Positions 1 through 13,832 of a stretch of DNA of 62,877 bases are shown here, piece by piece. Below the pieces are notes generated by a model, which did not search any database, was not told where the DNA came from, and worked only from the letters and a program-made list of their open reading frames with translations. The stretch comes from Chara braunii (taxonomy: Eukaryota > Plantae > Charophyceae): NCBI GenBank assembly GCA_003427395.1, contig BFEA01000002.1:67048-129924 (forward strand), in the 5' to 3' direction. The translations under genes and the position numbers were made by a program. How positions within the stretch are numbered: position 1 is the first letter of the stretch; each line of letters begins with the position of its first letter.

Positions 1-3
1 TGA

Positions 4-66
<63 letters not shown>
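1..66. repeat. (TG)n microsatellite, insertion site of the LTR at 67
   Basis: TG run that resumes as TGTGTG after 2754. Confidence 0.95.
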
Positions 67-71
<5 letters not shown>

Positions 72-1393
72 TGCGCAGGGGGTTCCCCTGTGCTGTCTTT
101 CGTTCGGAGTGTGAGACGTGCGGAAAGAGGCCCAGAAAAACAGCAAGATGGGGTGTGCCAAGGATTTTTGGGAAATTGAGTGTGGGGACACAGATGGAAC
201 TGAAATCCCCCGTGATGGTCCGATGAAGCAAGTCAATTAGTTTCGCGCGTCGAGGACTGCGCGCGTGGACATGGTGCGAAAACAGAAAGATCCAAATTCA
301 ATCCAGAAAGTACTGTCGAGCTTCCCACCGGGCTACAGCCCGTCGTTTAGAACGGAAAGGCTCTGGCACGCTTCGCGTGTCTCGTTTTCGTATCAGATCT
401 CATCGTCGTTCACTGGTCAGCTCTGAATCCGACGTGGATGGTCTCAGCCGAGTGGCTCTTTCCTTATCCTCGTCCTCACTCCGTATTCGGTAGTGGAAGC
501 CCTTCGCTTCGTAGCGATCGAAACGCTGGCACTCCGTGCACAGAGTGCGGGGCCAATGGGGCCCCACGGCCGTCCACGGAATGACGATCAGCTCGTTAAA
601 CGGCAACAATATCGAGTAGGGTGGAAAGTGCGTATCGATAATGACAAATCCAGCGTCTACGAACCCAGAACAACGGTTGGCCTGAGGGAAGTAATACTGC
701 CCGCCGATTTGTGCGACGGCTTCTCGTACGTCCCACTCACATACACGTGTCATTTCCTCACTGTAGGGAAAAGGTCGCGTTGGGATGGGAGATACGGGAG
801 GTTGGCGCCCAATCGAAGGGTGCTTGTTAGTCCACATATCAATCAATCACATATATCCAGCAAAAATCATCCATGCGACCCTCAATCTACCCTTCTTGAC
901 ACACGAGGGAGCAGACACACATCAGCTTGATCATGCATAATGCTAAGGGACCGACCCGCGACTCAGTTCAACACAACGTTGGTTTCCGGCGCCTTATTTC
1001 TCAAGGTCGCCTGGTGGCGTGGCTGCTGATGTCGTGCCGCATAAGGCAGATGGCATGCGGAGTGCGTTCGGGACTATAGATCTAAACACTCTTGTATTCT
1101 CGAACAAAATCCCGACGACACTCGTCTAATCAATCCGAAAAGTCACGCATCTCTATACATGCATTCACTGTGGAAGGTGCGAAAATAAGACATTCACAGG
1201 AAAAAGATGGATCGCATTGCACAGTACACACGCATCCAACGTTCACAAGACAAGTTGACGGGGTCCTTGCGTAGGAGGATTACCCAGGAAACTAATGGAA
1301 GAGTTCCGGAAGAAGTTCTTTCACACAGAAACAGGAGGCCGACTCATTCCCATTCAAGAGAGGGACAATCATTCACACGCATCGTCTTTCGAG

Positions 1394-1437
<44 letters not shown>

Positions 1438-2754
1438 AGGGAAAGAAAGTCCAAAATAGAAGATGACAAGATCCAGGAAGAGAAAAGTTCGGCGTCACCG
1501 CCGTACACTCACGCCACGATAACAATCCGCAACAAAGGCGCATTCGCCGTTAATTCCAATATGCCCCGGGCCAATCAACTCAACATCGATCCTCATACCC
1601 GCACCGATGATCCCGGTCGTCGCGTGCTAACTCCNACCACTGCGATCGTCACCCCGCTGTCGTAAACTCGACCCGGTTCACCCAGATCCCACAGTCCGTC
1701 GTGGCGATCCAGCGCGCAACCCGCCAGTCTATCGTCAGCCCGACAGGACTTTCCGAATCGCTTCAAACACTCGGCCTAGCCACTGCTTCCCGGAAGTTGG
1801 CTTGAGAGTCGAGAACGTAAGAGAGCTTTGGCGGGCACGCTTGCGGGTTTTATAGTTGCGATAGAGGAGATAGAAGGGGGAGAGAACGACGGGAAGGCGG
1901 GGGTGTAGGAGGAGAAGGAGGAGAAGACTTTGAGAAGAGCGCTCCGAGAACGCCATGTTGATCCCTTGGAACTCAAGGTTCAACCAATAAGATTCGTCGC
2001 GCGATAGGAAGGTCCTATCGATCCACGCACCTGATTGGCGAGCGGGAGTTATCGGGGGATCGACTGGGAGTCGTACGCCAGACTCAGAGGGTGAGAAGAG
2101 AAAAGGCGCGAGAGGTGGCGCAAGACGGGTCCAAGATTCAGACGATCAAGAAAGGGAAATGGGCGCGCAAAACAGCAAGACGGGGGAGGGGGTGAGAGGA
2201 ATAAACAGTTACGGGGAGAGAGAAAGAGGAGGGAGAAGGAAAGGGAGCGCGGGAAGGAACGATGCGGGGGACGGAGAGGAGAAAGCTTGTGCATGCGTGG
2301 CGCCGTCAACAAAAAAAAAAGAAAAAGGCACCTAAACAGTTACAGTTTGCTTCTATCCTAATTCAAAATTGAAATCACCATATCCGCGCGCGAAAAAGCG
2401 ACGCGGGAAAAATCCTACGCCTATTCGTATTCACGCGAAATTCCGAGAGTTTTCCCCGACGCGCCCAAGAACATTCACACACCCAAAAAGGACACGTCGA
2501 AGTTCCGCTTATCCCGAAATTCCCAACTACCGAGCCGAATTCCCAGTGCGCTCGCTAAGGCGCACGTAAATTCCTATGTATTTCCCGACTTTGCAAGAAG
2601 AAAAACAGAACTCAGCAGTCGAAAAAACTCTAAAAAAGGAAAATACGGCACCCGAAAGCAAGAACTCAAAAACGGGGTTTTCCTGGGGTTGGTATGATAC
2701 AAGCAAAGGAAAGGGTACGAAAGATGGCACGGGGTCGGGAAGTGGTTCGTCACA
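67..2754 (-). mobile_element. Solo LTR, family A (Ty3/gypsy)
   Basis: Termini TGTGATG...CGTCACA, flanked by TGTG/TGTG. Colinear with 38993-41680 and with 53236-56064, which abuts the PBS and gag on the minus strand. Confidence 0.85.
298..837 (-). pseudogene. LTR-encoded CxxC protein, family A copy with one premature stop
   Basis: MWT...FPY...CEWDVREA...HFPPY..LLPFNELIVIPW...CTEC...GFHYRIRS...LRPSTSDS. A TGA at 400-402 (CGA>TGA) is followed in frame by DLIRKRDTRSVP...QYFLD*, as in the 39204 copy. Confidence 0.75.
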
Positions 2755-3676
2755 TGTGTGAGTGTGTATGAGTGGGTGGGTGGTGGGTGGATGGGTGGGG
2801 CGTGAACGCGTGGGTCGGTCGGTGGGTGGGTGAATGGTGGATCAGTGGGTGGGTGAGTGGTGGGTCGGTAGGTGGGTGAGTGGTGGGNNNNNNNNNNNNN
2901 NNNNNNNNNNNNNNNNNNNNNNNNNNNNNNNNNNNNNNNNNNNNNNNNNNNNNNNNNNNNNNNNNNNNNNNNNNNNNNNNNNNNNNNNNNNNNNNNNNNN
3001 NNNNNNNNNNNNNNNNNNNNNNNNNNNNNNNNNNNNNNNNNNNNNNNNNNNNNNNNNNNNNNNNNNNNNNNNNNNNNNNNNNNNNNNNNNNNNNNNNNNN
3101 NNNNNNNNNNNNNNNNNNNNNNNNNNNNNNNNNNNNNNNNNNNNTATGTGTCTGTGTATGTGTGTGTGTGCCCCCGTGTTTGTGTGCGTGTCACGTGTTT
3201 GTATCTGTGTTTGCAACAAAATTAAAAAGAACCCGCGACGGAAAAAAAAAACAAGAAAGCGGGAAATAACGAAAACAAAAGAAAAAAAAAGGTCGCGGCA
3301 GCAGGAAACAACAAACTTCGAGGCGCACACGCGGGCAGTCAGGCAGGGTCGCACGCTGTCTACCCGTGCTTTGTTTCTCGGAATTCAACACATTTTCAGT
3401 TTTTGCCACTCTTTCCGTTATCCACACTATACTACCGGCAGCCCTGATGAAACCGTGTTACCGGTCCCCCAAATTTCTTGACGTCGGAGGGAGTTGTGGT
3501 TTAAAAGAATAAGGCTGAAAAAAAAAAAAAAAAAAAAAAAACATTATTGACCCGCCTACCACACTGTGCGACGTAAGACGACCAGTCCCCCCGGCGTAAA
3601 AAACCTCGGGGGTACTGGTAGTGGCGTTTCACGACGGGTACCGGTAGTACAGAACGGAAAACCGGACTGGCCTTGA

Positions 3677-4290
3677 AAATTGAATTTGTGAAAAAAAAAT
3701 GAATCGGCGCGGCGCTAATTTCACGATCAAAATGATTTTTTTTATTTTTTCTGATATTTTTCCTTGAAAGATCACGACTTAATCTATGGACCCACAAATT
3801 TTCAGGCGATTTGATGAATTCTTCTGAGCTACAAAAATCGCCAAAGTTACCGCTTGCAAATGGCGCGATTGGACCGGGAGGGCCACGAAAATTGACTTCG
3901 TGAAAAAAAATCGGCGCGGCACTTATTTCACGGTCAAAATGATTTTTTTAATTTTTTCTGATATTTTTCTTTGAAAGATCACCAATTAATCTACAGATCC
4001 ACAAATTTTCAGGCGATTTGATGAATTCTTCTGAGCTACAAAAATCGCCAAAGTTACCGCTTGCAAATGGCGGGATTGGACAGGGCGGGCCACGAAAATT
4101 GACTTAGTGAAAAAACGATGCGGCGCGGCGCTTATTTCACGGTACAAATTTTTTTATTTTTTTTTTTCTGATATTTTTCCTTGAAATATCACAACCTAAT
4201 CTACGGACCCTCAAATTTTCAGACGATTTGATGAAATCTTATAAGCTACAAAAATCGTCAAAGTTACCACTTGCAAATGGCGGGATTGGA
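3677..4290. repeat. Three tandem ~210-bp units
   Basis: AAATTGA..TGAAAAAA..CGGCGCGGC.CT.ATTTCACG...GAGCTACAAAAATCG..AAAGTTACC.CTTGCAAATGGCG.GATTGGAC recurs at ~3677, ~3888 and ~4096. Confidence 0.9.
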
Positions 4291-5345
4291 CCCGCCAGTG
4301 ACGAACGGTCGCCGCCCCTCCGTAGAACCCGGCCCTAACTCACAGGGACTGGGGGGGTTCGGCGGCGGGGCGACTGGCTTTGGACACAGGCACATCCTAA
4401 CGTTGCCAGCAGCCTGATGCGGATACACTTCAAAAGAAAGCAGTCCCCTAAAACATACAGGGACCCAGTTCGCCTCAACGGTTATCTCAATGAGCAATTC
4501 GGTATTTCNNNNNNNNNNNNNNNNNNNNNNNNNNNNNNNNNNNNNNNNNNNNNNNNNNNNNNNNNNNNNNNNNNNNNNNNNNNNNNNNNNNNNNNNNNNN
4601 NNNNNNNNNNNNNNNNNNNNNNNNNNNNNNNNNNNNNNNNNNNNNNNNNNNNNNNNNNNNNNNNNNNNNNNNNNNNNNNNNNNNNNNNNNNNNNNNNNNN
4701 NNNNNNNNNNNNNNNNNNNNNNNNNNNNNNNNNNNNNNNNNNNNNNNNNNNNNNNNNNNNNNNNNNNNNNNNNNNNNNNNNNNNNNNNNNNNNNNNNNNN
4801 NNNNNNNNNNNNNNNNNNNNNNNNNNNNNNNNNNNNNNNNNNNNNNNNNNNNNNAAAAAAAAAAAAAACAAAAGAAAAGCGAGTGAAAAACGAAATAAAA
4901 AGAAAAGAAAAAAGGAAAACGACGCGTTCTTGCTATCCGACGGCGGGCGCTTCGAGATGTTCCCTCTTATCGACGCCCGCTGCCGCACGGCCTTGTGGGC
5001 GCGCTCTTTCGTTCTTTGGCGCGCTGTGAACAATTCGGTACGCGCACCACTCTGCACACAGCCGCTCCCTCGATCGCCTTCATCCCCCGGCCCTCATCAA
5101 AAGTTGAACCCGATTCCGGCGCGCAGCGGACCACCGGCCTCCCCCCGCGGCCAATGCTCCTTAAGTGTTAGGATATAATTAAAACGTAATAAAATTTAAA
5201 AAAACGCATTTTTGGCTCGGCTGGGCAAGCGGTCCTGGGCCACTATGGTAACGCAGATTACGATTAGATTTGATTTGATTCGATTGGATTTAGTTAGAAT
5301 TGATATGATTTGATTGGATCTCAATGTCATTTGATTTGTTTCGCA

Positions 5346-7631
5346 TGTGACGCCCAACCTCACTCCCAGCGCGACTTCCTGTTTTCAGAGTAAGAGGGGG
5401 CCCGAAAGTGCGTAGTAGGGGTGTGCCAAGGATTTTAGGAAAGTGGGGTGGAGTCCCAGGCCGGAACTGAGATCTTTGGTGTCAAGTTTCAAGGTCGGAC
5501 ATGCAAGTGGTTCTCTGTAGGCCCAGGTCTTGGGTTTTGCCTTTCTAAGGATCGAGCGACTAATTTCGTCGGCCCCGCCGCCTAGGGCAGGCTCCCACTT
5601 GGCGCATTGTTGGAACACAGTGGGTGTCTCGTTATTCAAACACCTGTCGTCGGCGGGTCTCACAGATCTTCGAATCCAACGTGGACGGCCTCAGCCGACC
5701 TCAGCCGGAAACTGTGTTCTCGGTGCTCAGCTTCGGAGCGGGTCTGCCGAACGAATCTCGCAACTCAGTAAGTGTTGTACTGCTGGCACTCAGAACACGG
5801 CCTTTGGGGCCAGCAGTGCGCAGTCGACTCCCAAGGGACGACCCCCAAGGGACGACCGTCAGACTATGGTAGGGAAGGACGAGGTGGAATGGAGGAAAGT
5901 GGGTCTCGATGGCGACGAATCCCGGTGAGGTGTAGTATTGGTGACTATGGACATCCGGGTACTCTGGGATTCGAGAATTTCGTCCGATGGCCTGGTGAAA
6001 GTCCCAAGCACACAGCCGATCGCCCTCCATTTGACAGGGGTAGGTCGGGAGCCTTAAGGTTGATCGACGAGAGAGCTGTTCATTCTCCCAGTATTCCCGG
6101 GACTCGGGGTTTCTTAAGATGGCACGGTCAGTGATCCAGAATGGAATGCTGCCATATTTTGCAAGAAGGACCTATCTCGTACATTTGGTTGTGCAAGGAG
6201 AGGTGGTGTTAGGAATGCGTCACGCAGACACGCGTATACAGGATGACTACCGTAGGGTGATCATTTGTATGCGTGCATGCACATGATCTGTTCCTACCGA
6301 ATCCGAATCAATTTAGATCGATCGGATGGTCGTTCGTCGAGCAAAAGGAAAGCAGTGAATAATCATTCTCATGCATCAGATGCCAATTGCGCGTAGATCA
6401 TGCAAGGGAGAAATCCAACCCATACTCAGGCATGTACACAAATCGCAACCTACTTGTTATACATGCATCTTCCCCGACCCAGGTTCGTTTAGGGAGACAG
6501 TCCCAACAGGCTTAAGGCAAGATCACTGAGTCGATCACTACCGCATGTACAAAGACATAGTCATTCCAAAAGTGGGCGGGATCACATACATTTCTCCACA
6601 CATCAGCAGGGCGTTCATTCCCTACGTCCTCATTTCTACAATCGGCAATCCTCCATGCAAACAAAACGAAGAGATGGGGGAGATAAAGATAGCTCAGACA
6701 TCAACCAAAGAAAAGAAAATCCGAGAGTGCCGCAAGCCAGGTTCGCCCGTGTGCCACAGTCCTTCGCGGCCACATGTCAACCCCGCCTACCCAGCACCAG
6801 CTCGTCGGATCTCGCCCGACTTCCTACTCACCTTTTTGTCTCCAATCGTTAGCCGATCCTCTCGACCGTGCTAACTCCCACGTGTAGATCAGAGAGCAAA
6901 TTATTCACACTTGCCAGCTTTATAGCATCCGTAGTTGCGCAACATGATTCTGGATTATTCTGAAGTAAGAGGAAAGGGGAGAGGAGGGAGTGCCTATGGG
7001 TGCATGACAGCGCCGCGACGTGGGGGACGTAGCCGCGCTCCACGCATCGATCCTGTCATGCGTAAGTGGGCCAATGAGGTAGTCAGGAAAGAGACGCCAA
7101 TTTTTGCGCGAAGAGGAAGAGATCAAGAAGAGAGAAGATTACAGTTACACCTGCGCTTGCCAAGAAGGAGCAAGAAGAAATTTGCTATTAGAATTTAGGC
7201 GCGGCGGGGGCAGAGCGCAGAACAGGACACAGTAATGCACGCGCAAGTAGGGAGCCTCGTGTAGTTGCAGCCAAAAATTACGATGCTCCCAAATTCCTAG
7301 TCTAATTAAAATCCTAATTGCAAAAAGAAATTTCGCGAACCCGTGTGGATTCAAAATTTAAAAAGAAGGAAATTCAAAAAGAAGGAAATTCAAAAAGATT
7401 CCCTGTGTGGTGGTCGCGCCAAAAAAATTCCCGTCCCACAACAGAACAAGAAAGAAGCTATGGCAACAGTTATTTCCGCGCTCGCAAAGGCGCAATCAAT
7501 TACCAACCGTTGTGGGGCCAACCTCCTTCAAAAGACAGGGGCATCCATGCAATTGGGCGGACCCCTCCCGATCAACCCCCGAAACATTGTCGCGCAGAAA
7601 ATCGCACGTTTATGGAAAGTAGTTCGTCACA
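5346..7631 (-). mobile_element. Solo LTR, family B
   Basis: TGTGACGCCCAACCTCAC...GTTCGTCACA, flanks CGCA / (A)CGCA. Reverse-complement homology to 17315-19614. Confidence 0.85.
5560..6160 (-). pseudogene. LTR-encoded CxxC protein, family B copy (frameshifted)
   Basis: IPFWITD...REYWE...CAWD...HFPPF..LPYHSLTVVPW. Removing a 14-bp tandem duplication (CCCAAGGGACGACC x2, ~5830-5857) and a 10-bp one (CCTCAGCCG. x2, ~5689-5708) restores PCSECQQ...RLRPSTLDS. One in-frame stop remains. Confidence 0.7.
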
Positions 7632-7711
7632 ACGCAACCTCAAACAGAATTGTAATGAACCCAGTCTTGTTGAGAAGCCAGACACCAACGCAATAGGAGT
7701 CCGAACTCAGC

Positions 7712-7804
<93 letters not shown>

Positions 7805-8489
7805 NNNNNNNNNNNNNNNNNNNNNNNNNNNNNNNNNNNNNNNNNNNNNNNNNNNNNNNNNNNNNNNNNNNNNNNNNNNNNNNNNNNNNNNNNNNNNNNN
7901 NNNNNNNNNNNNNNNNNNNNNNNNNNNNNNNNNNCACTTCCACTCTGGGCTCCTCCTCTATCGCCACCACAGCAATTCATGTTCTGTCTGACATCCTCTG
8001 ACATAATTACTATGCAGATCATAACAGGGCGCCCAACCTTCGTGGAGACAGCAGCAGATCACATGTGTCGTCGCCAGGTAAGTCCAGGTAAGCTTCCCCA
8101 CAGCTCCCTTCAGTCTCACAGCCCTGATCCTCCTCCTCGACAATCCTCATCACGTAGTCTACATCTACGCAGCCATGCCCGCGCCAACATAAACTTCCCT
8201 CTAGGCTGGCGCCCACTAGCAGATTAGCCCGATCTCAACGCCCTGGATGCAGCCCGGAAGCAGCAGTACCTTTTCCCAGTCGGGAGTGGAATCTTCCGGA
8301 TACCTGCAGACAACCATTGATGTGCATCTGATCTATGCCCGAGGCTGACTACCAGGTTGACTTTTGACGTTGGTCCTGCTTTCGCGTGCGTGGTCTGACT
8401 CTTGATTTTCCATGAGTCGACTACCCCACGTGGGGGCTCTGGACGCTGTTTTTGACCCAAGCCCTGATACCCCTTGACCTTAGGCCCTG

Positions 8490-8735
8490 TCCTAGACATT
8501 TCTCAGACTTGGGACGTGACCTTTGAACCCTGTTTCTCAGACTTGGGACGTGACCATTGGGGGGGCTTTCCTAGACATTTCTCAGACTTGGGACGTGACC
8601 TTTGACCCCCGTTTCTCAGACTTGGGACGTGACCTTTGACCCCTGTTGCACGTTCCAATCCAGACGCTGTTTTTGACCCCACGTGGGGGCCCTTTCCTAG
8701 ACATTTCTCAGACTTGGGACGTGACCTTTGACCCC
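8490..8735. repeat. Minisatellite, core TTTCTCAGACTTGGGACGTGACCTTTGACCCC
   Basis: Five copies of CTCAGACTTGGGACGTGACC. Confidence 0.9.
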
Positions 8736-9294
8736 TGTTACTGGGCTTTGACCAAAAGTGACGACCCTTGCACGGCCATGAACTGAGTTTATTGCAAAAG
8801 CAAACAGACAAACAAAAAGGCAAACAACTCCATCTCAATGATTGCTTTGTTGTTTACTTTCTTTTTGGTTCCCCAAGAATCATCAGTTGGATCGTCAATA
8901 TCCAATCGTCATCAAACTGATCGTTCAAATCCAATGATGTATGATCGTCATCAAACCGATCGATGGTCCAAATCCGATGGTGTGGAAAAAATTAAGTAAA
9001 TAAAAAAAAATCCAAAGCGATCATCAGCAAACCAATCAATCGTCCAAGTCCGATCTTGTAAAAAAAAATAATAATAAAATCTGATCATATCAGCGGTTCG
9101 TGTTTCCTTTCCTCTGGTCAAAGACGGGACGCATTCTCAGAGCGTGATTTCGCCGTCATTCTTTACTTGATGATTTATTAACAAAATAAACTGACAATCA
9201 AAGAAAAATAATAAAATACATAAATAGATGAAGCACCAGCTGCATGCTCCGTTAGTACGACCCTTCTTGAGCGTACTCAGTACGCTCTTCCTTT

Positions 9295-9383
<89 letters not shown>

Positions 9384-9462
9384 NNNNNNNNNNNNNNNNN
9401 NNNNNNNNNNNNNNNNNNNNNNNNNNNNNNNNNNNNNNNNNNNNNNNNNNNNNNNNNNNNNN

Positions 9463-9554
<92 letters not shown>

Positions 9555-9910
9555 CGCACTCTCTCTCTCTCTCTCTCTTCACCAGAGAGGTGATCAAATC
9601 TCTCAACAAATTGCAAAAGAGCAAAAGATAACCTTAACCATGGTTGATGGCCACCAACCTCTCTCTCTCCCCCTCTCTCCCCCCCCCCCCCTCTCTCTCT
9701 CTCTCTCTCTGTGTGAAAAACATGGGCCAGAGTCCATCGCCAAAGCAGAACTCCTCAATTGAACATTCCTTTCCATTTTTTGAGGTGATCGTCAATCACC
9801 CAGCAGCTGATTGGCATTGCTTTCCTCTGAATGGCATTCATCCCAGCTCTCGCCTGTGTCTTGTGCGTGTCAGGATGCACGCACAAGGGGGGAGGAGGAG
9901 ACAGAGAGAC

Positions 9911-9976
<66 letters not shown>

Positions 9977-10639
9977 GGTAGTTCGGTAGGAAAATATGTA
10001 CTTTTTTTTGGTTACCCTACAATGGAATGCTGGATATGGTTCATCTTGCATTTGCATACAGACACTATGAACCTATGCAAGGGGCGCTGATGGATGTTCA
10101 ATATGATTCCAAAGCTCGTCTGTTATTGCACTTCTCACCGTTATCGTGTTCCTTTTGTGCATCAGTTCATCAATGACAGTTTTTGGTTGTTGTTCTTTTC
10201 CGGGTCCATTGTTCCGATATCGCAATGCTGCCAATGGTGCACCATAAGTCGTTTCACAGACAATGTTGGAGGGAGAGGGAGGGGGAGAGAGAGAGAAAAT
10301 GTGCACAGATCATAACAGCACATCACAGAATGTAAAAGTTTTGAATATGTCTACACAGCACATATCTATAATTCCATTGCTTGGTAGAACGAATACATCC
10401 TAACTCGACCACTAGTCTTGTTCACACGTGCACAGTGTGTGATGTGCGGCAGGGCCATCGCCATGGCGGAATGACACACTTGACTGACAGTTGGCTGGGA
10501 ACCCGTCCCTCCATAACCCAAATAAGGAGGACAGGGACATCTGGCCTCACCACCATCATCACCACTATTCTCACAGTCCAAGCTAACCAGGAGTGTGTTG
10601 TTGTCCACAAGGCAACGCCGCATATTGAAAGGGGGTGGG

Positions 10640-10657
10640 GATGTGTATAAGAGACAG
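10640..10657 (+). other. Tn5 mosaic-end (Nextera) adapter sequence, probable assembly artefact
   Basis: GATGTGTATAAGAGACAG (18 of 19 nt of the mosaic end) between two identical ~46-bp copies. Confidence 0.85.
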
Positions 10658-10919
10658 GTGTTGTTGTCCACAAGGCAACGCCGCATATTGAAAGGGGGTG
10701 GGGTTAATATTCCCGAACAGGGCTGTGGAAGTCGAAGGTAACGTAAGCAGCTACGAAGATACGGGTGGGGGCCATGGGGAGGGTTCTCTCACCCTTTTTT
10801 TATGCCCGGCCCCTCCTCTATCATAAGGTTTGTGCAGAATGCAACATGTCATGATCTCTCAAAACAGAATCCTTATGTTAGCTCTATGACAACGCCCAAA
10901 ACAGTGCCACACACCCTTC

Positions 10920-11224
10920 AACTCACCAAAAGGTTATTTTAACCGATGACCGAAGCACGCTCAACTTCTTGCCATACAACCCTCTTCTGGAGTCCTCCAC
11001 CTGCCTCCAACGGGGTAGCATAAAACAAGGTATTGTCGAGTACCCAGCATCTCCCAGTAGGTACCTGCCAACACTGGTGCCATAGCGCAGGACATGTTGC
11101 CCTTCACGAAGAGGCTCCTTCCTGGTCTCAACATCATCAAAGAGTTGGGACAAAAAGAGCACACATGCGCCATGAACAGATTCCAGAGCCTCAATGAACA
11201 GATCCGGGAGCCTCGGTGCGCACA

Positions 11225-11311
<87 letters not shown>

Positions 11312-11401
11312 NNNNNNNNNNNNNNNNNNNNNNNNNNNNNNNNNNNNNNNNNNNNNNNNNNNNNNNNNNNNNNNNNNNNNNNNNNNNNNNNNNNNNNNNN
11401 N

Positions 11402-11469
<68 letters not shown>

Positions 11470-11800
11470 GCAGTCTATCATACCTATGCACCCAGGAAAC
11501 ACTGCACCTACCTATACAAATGGCCACACTCCTCAGAGTGGTCCAATGCTACCCGAAGCCAGGCCAAACGGCCTTGATATCAAATGGCCACACTTTTGAA
11601 TGATTGCCCTTCACACATGGAATGTGCAACGCTGAGCACTCTACAGACCAATCCCGAAGGGCTTCCCCCTCTGCCCATAGTATCTTCCTGTTCCTCACTG
11701 GTACAGAGCAAAAGCCGATTTCAAACCTGCGGGTAATGTACTACTCCAGCGTGCAAAAAGAACCCAATCGAATGTCCTCCAGTTACAGACCCGTATACGG
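10920..11800 (-). pseudogene. PIF/Harbinger DDE transposase (HARBI1-like) remnant split by (AG)n and a gap
   Basis: ALYQ*GTG..Y..G..FGIG; FPGCIGMIDCT (~11500); ESVHGACVL (cf. GSVHDARVL); YLLGDAGY; KKLSVLRSSV. Confidence 0.75.
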
Positions 11801-11941
11801 TCACCATCCCGTCCGCCTCGCAAGGCGTTCACCGGGTGAAGCAGCACACCCAACATACTCAGCGCTGAGTTCTCGCTGTGCACAACCTGCCCTGGGCATG
11901 ACCGGGAAGCTGCACTGCCATGACTGCCACGGCCCTTACTA

Positions 11942-12046
11942 CCGTCTTCACCCGAATAGAACGCCCGGTCATTATAACCATATTTGGTGCAACTTTCAGT
12001 CTACATACAGCAATAATGACCGGGCGTTCTATTCGGGTGAAGACAG
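11942..12046. mobile_element. 105-bp Tc1/mariner(pogo)-type MITE
   Basis: TA|CCGTCTTCACCCGAATAGAACGCCCGGTCATTAT ... ATAATGACCGGGCGTTCTATTCGGGTGAAGACAG|TA. Confidence 0.85.
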
Positions 12047-12546
12047 TAGTTGGATCCACCACAGAACAGCTGCGAGAAACACCATGACCTGGGCATCGGT
12101 CTCCGCAAGGTTGTGAGGCATTGTGAGCGCTGGAGCCCTGCTCGTGTAGGGGGAGGCTGAAGACGCCCCTCTGTGGCGCTATGCACATCACCTTCATGCA
12201 AGGGGGGCTGTCCAACCCACGGAGTTTGAAGGCTGTCCGAACCGGACGGTGGTGTTGCAAGAACGCATTTCGAAAATCAAATCCTCAAATCTGTCGGTAG
12301 TTGCTTTTTTTTTTTTTTTTTTAACTGCCCTACTGCCCCCTGCAGGGTGACAGCCCTCGATGGGGGACCGGGCACCTGCATACATAGCCTACCAGAACTG
12401 ACTGGGTGGACAACAGACAGGCCATAGACTTAAATTTTCGAGATGGCCGTTCGATGCTGCTGCTGCATTCACCATTATTGAAAACTCTGTGGGGCCCGCT
12501 ACCAAACCCATCTCTTTCGGTATTCCCAAAAAATCCATTAGGAAAA

Positions 12547-12781
12547 TCCATCTGGGGTAGCTAAGCCTTTGTTCGTTTTTTTTTTCTTTTCTTCCAAGAT
12601 TGCTTGGGCTTTATTTCTTTTTTAACTACGATATATTCAGTCATGAAAATGAAGCGGCACTCGGTCCATCTGGGGTAGCTAAGCCTTTGTTCGTTTTTTT
12701 TTTTCTTTTCTTCCAAGATTGCTTGGGCTTTATTTCTTTTTCAACTACAATATATTCGGTCATGAAAATGAAGCGGCACTC
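12547..12781. repeat. Tandem duplication of a ~118-bp unit
   Basis: TCCATCTGGGGTAGCTAAGCC...TCATGAAAATGAAGCGGCACTC occurs twice. Confidence 0.9.
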
Positions 12782-12931
12782 TGGGGTCAATCCTTGTCCA
12801 GTCATGAAAATGAAGCTGATAATCCCTTGTGATGTCGACCTCCGATCGTCCTGTCTGTCCTGGTGTTGGCCTTGAGAAGAATCTCCTGTCCAGGTCACCT
12901 CTGCCATCCATCCCCCCCCCTTCCCCCCCTA

Positions 12932-13060
12932 CTGTCTTCACCTGAAAATAATGCCAACGCGTCGTATACAAATATACCCAGCGGCCGGTATATTTCTTTA
13001 TAACATCCAGGCGTTATAATCAATAAATTAGCAGCAACTTTGGTGCCCCTCTCCCCCCTC

Positions 13061-13093
<33 letters not shown>

Positions 13094-13506
13094 ATGCAAA
13101 AAAAAAAAAAAAAAAGATCAAAATTTTCTTTAAAAAAAATATGTTGTCTAGAAGTGCAATGCAACCAACTTTTGGCTGAGGGTCGCTTCAGAATTCCCCT
13201 TGTAAATTCAGAAACAAAAAAAAGAAAGAAAAAGAAAAAAAGAAAAAAAAAGAAAACAAAACAATACACCTTCGAAGTCCCAACCACTTTCAACCCCCTT
13301 AAAAACCCATGCTTACCCCCCTTCCCCCGACTCTACAAGGCACTCTGACCATCCCACATTCAAATAAAATGCCCGGTTGTTCTATTAGAATACAATGCCC
13401 GGGCGTTATATTTGAAGGGGGGTTAAAAAGTGAGTAAAAACAAAAATCTGATTTTTTAAGGGTAAAGTTGAATACAAAGCCCGGGCATTATTTCAGGTGA
13501 AGACGG
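12932..13506. mobile_element. Tc1/mariner(pogo)-type MITE, same TIR group
   Basis: TA|CTGTCTTCACCTGAAAATAATGCC ... GGCATTATTTCAGGTGAAGACGG|TA. Confidence 0.8.
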
Positions 13507-13832
13507 TACCCAGTTCCTGCAAAAACTTGTTATGATCATGGATATGTCCTTGTGAGTGTTGGCAAGATCCAACTTTTGCTTTGCTGTCAGCCTCTTTTGG
13601 GTGAGTTCTGATTGAATATGTTACTTCATTTTCTGTGTCTTTTCCTCTCCCTCGTTTGATTTGCTCTGTCTATTCCTCTCGATCGACCATTGCATCCTCC
13701 ACGACAAGGATATATCTCTGCCACCAGAGTATCCACAGAATGGTCCGTCTGCCCAGGTGAAACATGTTCTCAGTTATCAGTCACCTTGCGGGCTTCGGCA
13801 TGGCCAGCAAGTATCGCCTGCCAGTGCCACAG

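Noticed and set aside
5200-5250. Possible Helitron 3' end
   Set aside because: Imperfect hairpin, no CTAG terminus and no 5' TC boundary found
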